DNA of 48,041 nt, taken from Methanotrichaceae archaeon (GTDB taxonomy: Archaea; Halobacteriota; Methanosarcinia; Methanotrichales; Methanotrichaceae). This document shows positions 10,567 to 20,277 of this stretch, piece after piece. The position numbers and the translations under genes are program-made. The DNA lies in contig CAWDLW010000038.1 in NCBI GenBank assembly GCA_963803145.1, positions 1 through 48,041 on the forward strand, given 5' to 3'. Position 1 is the stretch's first letter, and each line of letters starts with the position of its first letter. The notes under the pieces are model-generated. The model saw nothing but the letters and a program-made list of their open reading frames with translations. It made no database searches and was not told the DNA's origin.

Positions 10567-11088
10567 ATTTCGTATTCAGGATCTATGTACATAGTCCAAA
10601 GCGATTGCTTTTATCCCCTTGATAATCTGGCCTGGAATCCAAGCCTATGCTATGTGTTGTTTATCTTAAGACTGGGAAAGCATTTATATTCCAGAAGATA
10701 TTGTAAACCCTAATCCACTGCCATTAGTTTACATTGGTGGGGTCCAGGGCTCAGGCACTCCTCGGCCTGAGTCCATCTTATGATAAAAGGTTCGAGGTCT
10801 CTAGCCGGGGATGGTTCTGCATCCCCATCCTCCTTTTAATGTATTATATTCGGTAGAAAGATTATAAACGTACTCTAAGGGATGAATACTGTGGTGGCTG
10901 AAGAAGGAGATCATGCAAGAAGATATTTGATACAACGTTAACTTGATAGAAGGCGGAGCAAGATAACTAAAAAGTTTAGAAGATCCTTTTAGATATGGAT
11001 ACAGGAAGAATATGTATAAACCTTCGCATAGAAGCAGCCGTGAATCTTTAGATTGTTCCTGTTAGTTATGATCTAGTGCCTTGAGATT

Positions 11089-12654
11089 TTAACTGAAGCG
11101 TTCTCTACTTATTGCGGATATATTGATATAATGCCGCCCGTACTTGGATGGCAGATACCATAGCTCCTCCTTATCCCGCAGATATCTGATGCTTCCATCT
11201 GATATACATACTACGAACCCATCTGGATAATGTACCTTCTCGGGAAGATAGACAATAGTTGGTGCCAGGCCAGGATTCCCTTCGAAGGTCAGATTATAGT
11301 TTTTGCTGTAAGGATTGAAGGACTGAGATATTGGCGATCCAGCTAGACGGCGAAGATAAGGACGAACGTTCACCTCTAATCCCCTGGGCTGGCCATTATT
11401 ATCAAGGAGAGAATAATCCTCTTCATTCCAGATGCTTCCATTCTCTGCGCTAAAGTCCCAGTACGCGTTATTGATGAACTCGCTTTCGAGTGCATCCATG
11501 GCAATATTTATCTGTCTGTTCCTGTTGGCTGCTGTAGCGGCTGTCCAAGGAGTGCCGAACTCTCCTATGAAGAGAGGCATGCCAAGCTCCTTTGCCTTAT
11601 TTCTCTGAATATCTAAGAGAGCAGGAAAAGATACACCCTTGTAACTGGGATCAAACCATGCTCGCCAGGAGAAGCTCGGATATATATGTGATGCATAAAC
11701 CAGATGGCTGATATTGAAGGCGCTGAGCTTCGAGTCATACAGATCTATGATTGAGGGCTCAACGAAGCCTACTGCATCAGGATCAGCCTCACGGATCGAA
11801 GTTATAGCCCCTTGGTAAAAAGGTTTCAGGTAGCCGTTTTCAAACTGGCCTTCATCATTTGGTATATCCCCTCCATAGGGCTCATTCATTATATCATAGC
11901 CAAGAACATAGGGATTTTTACCCATCTTTCGTGCCACCTCTTTCATTGAGCGATAATAATGATCTTCGAGGTAGCTGGACATAAAGAAGTTTGTGAAGCT
12001 ATCCCTGACATCGCCCGATAAGAAGTATGCCAGGAACCAGAAACGCCCTGCAATTCCGGTGTTAAAGTGAGGATCAACATCGTTCGGCAGAGCCCAGTAT
12101 GGTGCACCATCTCCATGCAACCATCTGCTGTACTCATCCTGGTGCATGTCCAGGACTACATATATGCCTCTCTTGGATGCCTCATTTACAAGCTCCTCAA
12201 CACTGCTTAGATACTTCTGATCGTATACCCCGGGCTCTGGTTCTATGGCTTCCCAAAAGATGGTCAGGCGAACCATATTGTAGCCCCAGGATGCTAGTAA
12301 GTCCCACCATTTGGGATCTCGAAAGGGCAGAAAGGGCGGAAGCTTGGCGTTGGAGGCCACATTAATTCCTCTGAAAAAGACGAGCCTTCCATAAGAGTCC
12401 CGGAAGCCGTCTTTATCGAGCGTAAGTTTAGGATTGGCTTCAGCAGAGAATTTATCAGAGGGCTTAACATCTGGAATGAGATAGGAAGGATTGCAAATGG
12501 CCTCGGGCTGGCCGAGATCTTTATCAGTTGAGCAGAAAGCATCACCTCTAATTGAAGAATTGTTAACATCATATGTGCAGCTTTGGTTTAGCCCTGAGCA
12601 GATGCCTGCGAGAGCAAATAATGCAATGAAGCAAAGAGCGATCTGTGTGCCCAT
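11089..12654 (-). CDS. Secreted GH5 glycoside hydrolase (endoglycoceramidase-like)
   Basis: Signal peptide; FRGINV, RLTIFWEAIEP, LDMHQD, YDIMNEP (acid/base) and FIGEFG (nucleophile); C-terminal RPY beta-domain. Confidence 0.9.
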   Translation of the reverse strand: MGTQIALCFIALFALAGICSGLNQSCTYDVNNSSIRGDAFCSTDKDLGQPEAICNPSYLIPDVKPSDKFSAEANPKLTLDKDGFRDSYGRLVFFRGINVASNAKLPPFLPFRDPKWWDLLASWGYNMVRLTIFWEAIEPEPGVYDQKYLSSVEELVNEASKRGIYVVLDMHQDEYSRWLHGDGAPYWALPNDVDPHFNTGIAGRFWFLAYFLSGDVRDSFTNFFMSSYLEDHYYRSMKEVARKMGKNPYVLGYDIMNEPYGGDIPNDEGQFENGYLKPFYQGAITSIREADPDAVGFVEPSIIDLYDSKLSAFNISHLVYASHIYPSFSWRAWFDPSYKGVSFPALLDIQRNKAKELGMPLFIGEFGTPWTAATAANRNRQINIAMDALESEFINNAYWDFSAENGSIWNEEDYSLLDNNGQPRGLEVNVRPYLRRLAGSPISQSFNPYSKNYNLTFEGNPGLAPTIVYLPEKVHYPDGFVVCISDGSIRYLRDKEELWYLPSKYGRHYINISAISRERFS

Positions 12655-12783
12655 TCCATAATTATATTGACATGCACACTATTTTTAATTTTTGTCTAAG
12701 ATCTTACTATTAGGGATTGTAGTATCAACGGTAATGAATTTATATCATCTTCCCAAATACATTAAAGATCGCTTGGAGGCAAA

Positions 12784-13821
12784 ATGATGGATCAAGATGG
12801 GATGGAAGATTTGCTGAAGCTAGAAAAGAAGCCTGATATATGGGTCGGCAATGAATGGGGAGAGCTGAAGGAAGTGGTCATTGGCAGGCCAGATCAGCAT
12901 CAGTTCCCGATTTTGAACGATCTGCTTAGGGAGAGATTGAAGGTCATTCATAGCTCTGAAAGAGACACTATCCTTAAATCTGAAGGCAAGTTTTTTATGG
13001 AGGCGTTTCCCGACCGTTTTAAAACCATGGTCGATGAGGTCGAGGCCTTCGTCAAGCTCCTGGAAGGGCGAGGCATAAAAGTTCACAGGTCCAGACTGCT
13101 CAATGCCGATGAGCTCAAGTACAACGCCCTCTGGCTGGACGGCTGCACCAGCCTATTCCTGAAGGACCCCATAATTGTCGTGGGCAACCTGGTCATAGAG
13201 GGGGGAAACCGCACCCCCTGGAGGCACAAGGACATGTACTCCTATAGAGAGCTCTTCTTCGAGCGCGTCCTTGGGAGCAACGCCAAGTGGATCTGCATGC
13301 CCAGGCCAGCTCCTAACACTACAGACCCCAATGGTGGATACGGTCCATATCTTACAGGCGGAGATGTCTTCCCGATGGGCAACAGGAATGTGCTCCTGGG
13401 GTTCAACGATGTAGACTCAAATATCTGGGGTCTGCGGTGGATTGCTGACCTCCTGAGAAAAGAGGGATGGAAGATCCATTCGGTCAGGTATAGGAATGAT
13501 TGCATGCACCTGGATACTGCCATGTCGTGCCCTGCCGAAGGGGTGGCCCTAGCCTGCAAAGAGTTCTTCATCGATGGCTTGCCCGACCTTCTAGAGGGCT
13601 GGGAGATCGTGGACGTGGCTCCTGATGATGCCAGGGCCGATGCCTGCAACGGCCTGCCCCTCGGACGCAGCTATTACGTGATGTCCACCGAGTGGAAGAA
13701 GTACGGAGAGAAGCTGAGGGATCATGGTATAAAGCCTCTTTACACGCCCTTTGAGGAGACAAATCACGTTACAGGCGGAGGTCCCCGCTGCTCTCATGGC
13801 CCTCTTGTGAGGGAGGATTAG
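12784..13821 (+). CDS. Amidinotransferase/pentein-superfamily enzyme 1
   Basis: NEWGELKEVVIG, FLKDP, GGDV, MHLDT and GGGPRC catalytic motifs. Confidence 0.9.
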   Translation: MMDQDGMEDLLKLEKKPDIWVGNEWGELKEVVIGRPDQHQFPILNDLLRERLKVIHSSERDTILKSEGKFFMEAFPDRFKTMVDEVEAFVKLLEGRGIKVHRSRLLNADELKYNALWLDGCTSLFLKDPIIVVGNLVIEGGNRTPWRHKDMYSYRELFFERVLGSNAKWICMPRPAPNTTDPNGGYGPYLTGGDVFPMGNRNVLLGFNDVDSNIWGLRWIADLLRKEGWKIHSVRYRNDCMHLDTAMSCPAEGVALACKEFFIDGLPDLLEGWEIVDVAPDDARADACNGLPLGRSYYVMSTEWKKYGEKLRDHGIKPLYTPFEETNHVTGGGPRCSHGPLVRED

Positions 13822-13894
13822 CGTGAGTGAAAGGCCTGTTTCCAAGGCCACGGTCCCCTGTGCCGTGAACATCGACAGTGAGATTGATTGATCC
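13819..13894 (+). repeat. Mosaic remnant collinear with 14995-16603
   Basis: Four short blocks match the membrane-gene start, 15284-15303, 16411-16447 and 16590-16603. Confidence 0.7.
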
Positions 13895-13952
13895 TGCAAA
13901 GTCTTTAAATGCAAGACCTAACTTTCACTAGCTCTTGAAGGAGATTGCAGTC

Positions 13953-15002
13953 ATGGCTAGCAAACCCGATATTTATGTGGACTACGAGTACGGCGATCTG
14001 AAGGAAGTCATCGTTGGTGTGCCTTTAAACATCTATCCGGATATAAAAATGTCAAGCTGGGTCAAGGAAGGCCTCAAGATATTTCCGGAGAGCGAGCAGA
14101 AGAAGATCATCGAGAGGTCGGGCAAGTCCTCCATGGAGATAGGCAAATACGAGGCCACAGAGAAGGAGAACCTGGAGCTTATATCCATCTTTCAGAAGTA
14201 TGGAATCAAGGTCTGGCGCAATGAAGTCATGACAAGAGAGCGCCTGGTCTTAAACCTGGGGGAGGAGGCTATCAAGAACTGGGGAGTCTCCTTCCAGTAC
14301 TCCAGAGATCCCATATTGGTGGTGGGCAGAAACGTAATTGAGCTTACTCCTGGGTCCCTATTCCGCATTGCCGATCTTCTTGCCTACCGCAAGCTCTTCA
14401 TCGAAAGAGTGCTCGGCTCCAATGCTTCCTGGTTCGCCATGCCGAAGCTTGATTACAGCCAGATGTTCGAGAATGGCAGCTACAGCAAGAATGGATTTCC
14501 TGTTCTTGAAGGCGGCGATATCCACGTTCTAGGAAAGAAGATCCTGGTGGGAACCTCTCTAAATCCCACAGTGGGATCGAGCGAGCGGGGTTTTATCTGG
14601 CTCAAGTCTATCCTTGAGCCCCAGGGCTATGATGTGGAGAGGGTACCCATCAAGGACGAGTTCCTTCATCTGGACGTGGTCTTATCGGTCGTGAGGCCGG
14701 GCCTGGCTGTAATCTGCCCTGACGCCTTCGCTGAGGGAATACCATCGTACTTCGACGGCTGGAAGCTCATTGAGGTCTCCAAGGATGAGGCCCAGCGACT
14801 TGCTACAAATGGCCTTCCTATAGATCCCGACCACTATATACTGAGCTACAATGAGCACTATGACGGGTGGCGAGTCCAGAAGGCACTGGAGGCCGAGGGC
14901 ATAACTGTTCATCGCATCGCCTTTGACAACCACAATGAGGATGGAGGCTCTGTGAGATGTGCCACTCACCCGCTGGTGAGGAGATTGAACTCGATAGCAT
15001 GA
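13953..15002 (+). CDS. Amidinotransferase/pentein-superfamily enzyme 2
   Basis: EYGDLKEVIVG, YSRDP, LEGGDI, LHLDV, GGSVRC; AGGAG RBS before ATG 13953. Confidence 0.9.
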   Translation: MASKPDIYVDYEYGDLKEVIVGVPLNIYPDIKMSSWVKEGLKIFPESEQKKIIERSGKSSMEIGKYEATEKENLELISIFQKYGIKVWRNEVMTRERLVLNLGEEAIKNWGVSFQYSRDPILVVGRNVIELTPGSLFRIADLLAYRKLFIERVLGSNASWFAMPKLDYSQMFENGSYSKNGFPVLEGGDIHVLGKKILVGTSLNPTVGSSERGFIWLKSILEPQGYDVERVPIKDEFLHLDVVLSVVRPGLAVICPDAFAEGIPSYFDGWKLIEVSKDEAQRLATNGLPIDPDHYILSYNEHYDGWRVQKALEAEGITVHRIAFDNHNEDGGSVRCATHPLVRRLNSIA

Positions 15003-15508
15003 GTAAAGAAAAATCATCTTCGGAGCTTCAGCCGCCTGAGCTGAAAAGAGGTATCCGGCTATATGCAGGCATAGCAGCGATGGTATTGGCTATCATTCTG
15101 CCAGTCTTTGTCGTCGTCGTCCCTCACTTGGGCCTTTCCACTGGATGGGCCATCATCATCAGTGCAGGTCTCTTCGTAGGAGGACCGGAGATCCTCACTC
15201 TAGTTGCAGTGGCTCTTCTGGGCAAGGAAACACTGCGCTATTTCACATACAGGATTAAGAAGGCCCTGTGGGGTGTGGTGATGGAAAGGCCTGTCTCCAG
15301 GGCACAGTACTACTTTGGCCTGGTCCTCTTTCTAGGAAGCATTTTGCCTCTTTACGTCTATGGCTACTTCCCCAGCATTCTGCCCGAAGGCGAGAGGACA
15401 CATATCCTCGTGGCAGCGGACCTGACTTTTATTATCAGCATGTTCATCATGGGTGGGGAGTTCTGGGAGAAAATTCAGAAGATATTTATATGGGAGGGAA
15501 AAATTTGA
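14999..15508 (+). CDS. Four-TM membrane protein (transporter-suffix-domain-like)
   Basis: ATGA overlap with upstream stop; four hydrophobic segments; LGKE and MGGEFWEK motifs. Confidence 0.75.
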   Translation: MSKEKSSSELQPPELKRGIRLYAGIAAMVLAIILPVFVVVVPHLGLSTGWAIIISAGLFVGGPEILTLVAVALLGKETLRYFTYRIKKALWGVVMERPVSRAQYYFGLVLFLGSILPLYVYGYFPSILPEGERTHILVAADLTFIISMFIMGGEFWEKIQKIFIWEGKI

Positions 15509-15542
15509 TGAATAAAACTGAACGTTTGGGGAGAGAATTATT

Positions 15543-16601
15543 GTGGAACGGGTTTCCCACGCGTCATCAAACGGCGGCATCGATCTAATCCCAGGCTACA
15601 GGCACAAGCTTACTCAGACGTCCATTGGTGAATGGAACCTTTGGGGACGCTTAAGAGAGGTGGTGGTGGGAACTCCAGAGGGAACCATCCTGCCTAACTA
15701 CGAGGCGGTTAATGAAAAGGTCGCTGCGCCTGAGCTCGTGGAGATGATGAGGAAATACGGAGGCAGGCTCGCCAAAGACGTCCACCCGGATTTCTACGCC
15801 GCCCTGGAGAGGGAAAGCAATGAACTGGTAGAGATCTACGAGTCCTACGGTGTCAAGGTTCATAGACCGCGTCCTATCAAGCCTGAGGAGACTGCTTATT
15901 CTTTCGGTTTTGGCTGTACAAATATATTTTCTTGTGATCCCTTTTGGTGCGTGGGAAGGAACATTATAGAGAGCAGCTGGCGAAAGAAGTCAGGCTGGCC
16001 TCAAAAGTGGGCGGTGAGAGAGCTCTACCAACCCAAGGTGGATGCTGATCCCTCGGTCCACCTTCACGCCTGCCCCATGCCCTCTCCGGGGGACGGCCCC
16101 GGCCTGGGGGACTATTATTTCGAGGTCGGAGATATGCTGGTCGTCGGCGATGGAAACGTAATTTTGGCCTACGATGAGGCAGGCACCTCCAGCAACCCCC
16201 GTGGGTGCGAGTGGACCAGGCGCATCCTGGAAGCGGACGGCTTCAAGGTGACCGTCGTAAAGCTGCCGGACACAGGTATACTTCACCTCTTTGCGGTCAT
16301 ATGCATCATAGGCCCTGGCACTGCCATAGCCTACGAGGGCGCCTTCCCCGGAAGGAAACTGCCGGAGCCCCTGGAGGGATGGAACGTGGTATGGTGCGAC
16401 CTGGATGAGGCCAAGGCCACGGCCCCCTGCGCCGTGAACATCGACAGGGAGACGGTGGTGCTGCCGCGTGGAGCTCCTAGGACCCGGAAAGCTGTCTCCA
16501 ATCTGGGCTTCAATGTCATAGATGTAGAGTTCTCAGTCCATGCCATGGCTGCGGGAGGCATCCGCTGTGCGACAGGGGTCATCTACCGGGAGATCGACTG
16601 A
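15543..16601 (+). CDS. Amidinotransferase/pentein-superfamily enzyme 3 (variant active site)
   Basis: WGRLREVVVG, FSCDP, FEVGD, LHLFA, GGIRC; start uncertain (out-of-frame ATG at 15508). Confidence 0.85.
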   Translation: MERVSHASSNGGIDLIPGYRHKLTQTSIGEWNLWGRLREVVVGTPEGTILPNYEAVNEKVAAPELVEMMRKYGGRLAKDVHPDFYAALERESNELVEIYESYGVKVHRPRPIKPEETAYSFGFGCTNIFSCDPFWCVGRNIIESSWRKKSGWPQKWAVRELYQPKVDADPSVHLHACPMPSPGDGPGLGDYYFEVGDMLVVGDGNVILAYDEAGTSSNPRGCEWTRRILEADGFKVTVVKLPDTGILHLFAVICIIGPGTAIAYEGAFPGRKLPEPLEGWNVVWCDLDEAKATAPCAVNIDRETVVLPRGAPRTRKAVSNLGFNVIDVEFSVHAMAAGGIRCATGVIYREID

Positions 16602-16612
16602 TTCCCCAAGTA

Positions 16613-16770
16613 GAAGAATATGGCTGCGATGATGCCTGAATCGAGAGCCACTTTATCTGGCATCTCTGTCCTCCCATATCATCTCTGCTACGCTGACTTC
16701 ACTGGGGTCTTCTGCTTCCAGAGCTCCTGCGCCTCGGCTAATTGCCGCTTTTTCTTTCCCCTGATCAACC
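16613..16770 (-). pseudogene. vapBC remnant: frameshifted antitoxin 3' end plus PIN toxin N-terminus
   Basis: ...SVAEMIWEDRDAR* (stop 16653-16655) overlaps ATG 16663 MPDKVALDSGIIAAIFF (PIN beta1 Asp). Confidence 0.65.
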
Positions 16771-17123
16771 TATCTGTTGCCGAAGATCAGTTCGTACAGA
16801 CACACTTCATTTAGTAAAGTTATACTCCGAACACTCGAATTACAAAACAACACCTTATGAACACGCAGGTCTTGAACTGAAGTGTACGTTAGAAACATTT
16901 CGTATCTTGGGTCCAATTTGTGTATTGCCTGCCTTGGAGCGGCATATGTAAAATCTTCGCAACTTCGACTCATATAAAAACAGGTTTGGCTCTTCTGGTC
17001 CACGGATGAGCTTTCGTGATGTTCGAAGCGTCAGGATTATAAGTTTGGATTAAATAACCGATAAGGAGCTTAGGCATCACAATGAACCTTTGCCTATGTT
17101 TAGAGATTGAATAAGGAGATACT

Positions 17124-17795
17124 ATGGGAAATTCAGGAGTCGCACTGATTCTCACATTTATGGTCTTATCAAATTTGGCATATGCTACATTGGCGGATTG
17201 CCCGTCCTGCGCTGGTGAAACGCCAAATTGGACCTCAAGTGCAGTCGACTTTCTACAGGGCAAACCCGTAAATGACGTGCCATCGAGTCTGAACAGCGCG
17301 CAACAGGCCAGGCTCATTGATGCACAAATCAATTCCAAGAAAAATTCTGGCCAAACTTCGAATGATGAAAGTAACCCAGCGGTATCCCCAGGATACAATT
17401 CAACGACGACCTTAAACATCCTTCTAAATAACATCAGCGCTGAGCCCAATCCGTCGAATTTAGGTGATCCAGTTAAAATTACAGCGGTTTTCGGAAACAA
17501 CAGCACTGCAGCAACTCCGAATAACCTTTCGAAAATGACAACGGCCGGTATGACGGTTTATGCGGACATCATGAATGCTGCTGGAATAGAGGTTGGCAGA
17601 GTGAATCTGAAACAAACATCAGGGAATGAATACACCGGGATCTGGTATGCCAACGTAGGATCTGGGACATATAGCGCAACTATTGATGCTTCAGGGTTTC
17701 AAGGATCGAAGACGTTCAATGAAGCCTTACGGATAGTTGTAAATGAGTCTAAGAGTACAACAGGCGACATTCATGCTGTTCGAAAGCTTGGGTAA
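17124..17795 (+). CDS. Secreted hypothetical protein (N-terminal CxxC, C-terminal Ig-like domain)
   Basis: AGGAG RBS; signal peptide; DCPSC; NPSNLGDPVKITA...YTGIW. Confidence 0.75.
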   Translation: MGNSGVALILTFMVLSNLAYATLADCPSCAGETPNWTSSAVDFLQGKPVNDVPSSLNSAQQARLIDAQINSKKNSGQTSNDESNPAVSPGYNSTTTLNILLNNISAEPNPSNLGDPVKITAVFGNNSTAATPNNLSKMTTAGMTVYADIMNAAGIEVGRVNLKQTSGNEYTGIWYANVGSGTYSATIDASGFQGSKTFNEALRIVVNESKSTTGDIHAVRKLG

Positions 17796-17972
17796 GATTT
17801 CCCAGTTGAGGCCCTTCTTCATTTTAGCCGGAGGAGTTCTAAATCTTCCCTGGATTTAGCTTTGTATAAAGGCGAGTTAGCTGAAGAAGACTCGTTTTGG
17901 CTTTCGCTGGTCATAGATGGATCCACAGGTTTCATCAGTGTTGCGAGAATCTCCGGTTAACGCAAAAAAATA

Positions 17973-19781
17973 TTACAAGGCTTTGAGTTGAGGCTGATGG
18001 AGGGAAGTGTTGTCCCAATATACTTCCCGTCCCTCCAAAACAGTCATGAGCACCCTGGCATCGTTGATATCTTTTGGCGGCATTTTGAAGATATTCCTAT
18101 CTATGACTACAAGGTCAGCCAGCTTTCCTACCTCCAGGGATCCGGTCTCCTTTTCCATGAAGCTCGCATATGCCCCGTTGATGGTGGCGACCTCTATCAT
18201 GGTCTTTAGATCGACTCTCTCTCCAGGATGGAACGGTTCAGTGACGTTGCTCTCCTTTGAGAGCGGGAGCCCGACCACTCCGGTCCTTATGGCATCAAGA
18301 GGCCTTAGGGTGAGATAGTCGATGGCTAAAGGCCAGTCAGTGCCATAAGCTACAACGGCGCCTGAATCTACCAGGCTCTTCATGGGATAGATGCGGGCAG
18401 TCCTCTCAGGGCCTAGCGCAGGCAGAGTGACCTTATCTATGTAGGGAGTATAGTAGAACCAGATGGGCTGGACTACTGGAATTACCCCCAGGGACTTAAA
18501 CCTGGGTACATCCTTCGGTGATATTATCTCTATATGAGCGATCTTGTGCCGTGAGTCCCTCGGACCGTTCTCCTTTCTGGCATTCTCGAAGGCATCCAGG
18601 CTCATGCGGACGGCACCATCTCCCATGCAATGGATCTCGATCTGGAAACCGTCTCTATCTAGGGCAGAGATCATCTTCCGGAAAGCTTCTGGATTCCATA
18701 CAGGAGTCCCACTGAATCCCGGCATATCCGCATAAGGCTCAAGGAGCAAGCCAGTGTGGCTCTCTACTATGCCATCTGCGAACAGTTTCGCGGCCGTTAG
18801 CTGGAAGAGGCCCGAGGAGTGATTTTTACGTTCGGCCACGAGGTAAGGGATCTGATCTAGGCCCAGGGCCTGATTGCAATACATCTCGCCCAAAACTCTG
18901 ACATTAAGCTTGCCTTCTTTCTCCAGATCGGAGTAGGCGAAGATCTGGTCTAAAAGGACCGCAGAGTCGTGGACCGTTGTTATGCCTTCGCTCCTGGCCA
19001 TATCGAGGGCCTTAGTCAGCCCCTGCTCTATCTCGTCCTGGCTCAGGGGCGGGAGCTTGGGGTTGATCAGCATGAAGCAGGCGCTCTCTCTAAGGGTTCC
19101 CGAGGGCTCTCCAGTCTTTGGATCCCTCTCGATCTTCCCGCCATCTGGATCAGGGGTATCCTTTGTGATATTGGCCATCTCCAGAACCTTGGAGTTTGCC
19201 CAGTAGGAATGGCCATCAATAGCTGTCAGAAATACAGGTTTGTCCGACACGATGCCGTCTAAAAGCTCCTTGGTCGGGCCGCTGGCCCCAAAGGGTGGAT
19301 AGTTCCACCCAAAGCCACGTATGACCTTAGCATCCTTGTTCTTATCTGCGTAATCCTTTACTTTTTTTATGTAATCCTTGCTGGTGTTAACATCGGTGAG
19401 GTCAACTCCAGCCATCAGCGTCACTGAGCCTAGAGGATGCATGTGAGCGTCGATGAAACCCGGAAGGACAATCTTGCCGCTGAGGTCTATGGCCTTTGTG
19501 CCTGGTCCTATGTAGGCCCTGGCGCCCGCATCATCACCTACGTAAATTATTCTTTTGCCTGAGATAACGAGCGCCTGTAAAGGATGCTGGTCCCAGCTGG
19601 TATTCATATTCACAGTATAAACTGTGCCGTTGAGCAGTACCATGTCTGCAGCCTGAGATAGAGGTTGAGCTATATCCTCTGCAGTGACGCTGCTTATCAT
19701 AATGATCAGGGTGATTGCTAAATAAAAGGCGACGGTTCCAGTGAATCCCAAGATCTGTCCATCGCTAACAAGAGGCTTCAT
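17973..19781 (-). CDS. Secreted YtcJ/NfdA-like metal-dependent amidohydrolase (amidohydro_3)
   Basis: PGFIDAHMH, HSYWANS, KLFADG, EIHCMGD, IAHIE, GTDWP, GSLEVGKLAD; N-terminal hydrophobic signal. Confidence 0.9.
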   Translation of the reverse strand: MKPLVSDGQILGFTGTVAFYLAITLIIMISSVTAEDIAQPLSQAADMVLLNGTVYTVNMNTSWDQHPLQALVISGKRIIYVGDDAGARAYIGPGTKAIDLSGKIVLPGFIDAHMHPLGSVTLMAGVDLTDVNTSKDYIKKVKDYADKNKDAKVIRGFGWNYPPFGASGPTKELLDGIVSDKPVFLTAIDGHSYWANSKVLEMANITKDTPDPDGGKIERDPKTGEPSGTLRESACFMLINPKLPPLSQDEIEQGLTKALDMARSEGITTVHDSAVLLDQIFAYSDLEKEGKLNVRVLGEMYCNQALGLDQIPYLVAERKNHSSGLFQLTAAKLFADGIVESHTGLLLEPYADMPGFSGTPVWNPEAFRKMISALDRDGFQIEIHCMGDGAVRMSLDAFENARKENGPRDSRHKIAHIEIISPKDVPRFKSLGVIPVVQPIWFYYTPYIDKVTLPALGPERTARIYPMKSLVDSGAVVAYGTDWPLAIDYLTLRPLDAIRTGVVGLPLSKESNVTEPFHPGERVDLKTMIEVATINGAYASFMEKETGSLEVGKLADLVVIDRNIFKMPPKDINDARVLMTVLEGREVYWDNTSLHQPQLKAL

Positions 19782-19958
19782 ATGGCTAAATCCCTCCGAT
19801 TAGTGTGAACTACTATTATACTATTTAACCATTGATGGAATACTAGTCCTATAGCAAGAGCTATCTTATACCTTTATGGCCGATAATAAGGCAATCCAGG
19901 ATTAAAGCCACAAATGTGATCTCTGCCACCTCTAAAGGATGATAAAATATGCTAACTC

Positions 19959-20117
19959 TTAAATCAGCCGCACATCCCTCTTGCCCTTAGCTTTTTCATA
20001 CATCCTTCTATCCAGGGTTAAGAGCGGCACTTGCTCCTTCTCCGCCAGGGCAAGGAAGAGAGAATCGTAGAAAGTAGTCTTGGTTTCCACAGAGATCTCA
20101 TAGGCTTCTGATCCCAT
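19959..20117 (-). pseudogene. PIN/VapC toxin C-terminal fragment
   Basis: MGSEAYEISVETKTTFYDSLFLALAEKEQVPLLTLDRRMYEKAKGKRDVRLI*. Confidence 0.7.
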
Positions 20118-20147
20118 AGCTCCGATATGAGAGGTCTTATCTTGCTA

Positions 20148-20277
20148 ATGCAGAAAGAAGGGTATGCTCTGGCTCATGCATGCAATGCAATATTTGGATG
20201 ATGCTAGATACTGTTTTCAGGGATCGTCGAGGGCAATGGAGCATGTAATATCGACTATAGAAAAGACACGGGACTAA
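20148..20277 (+). pseudogene. Possible HEPN-domain N-terminal remnant
   Basis: MQKE../MLWLMHAMQYLDDARYCFQG resembles the first helix of HEPN proteins. Confidence 0.3.
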
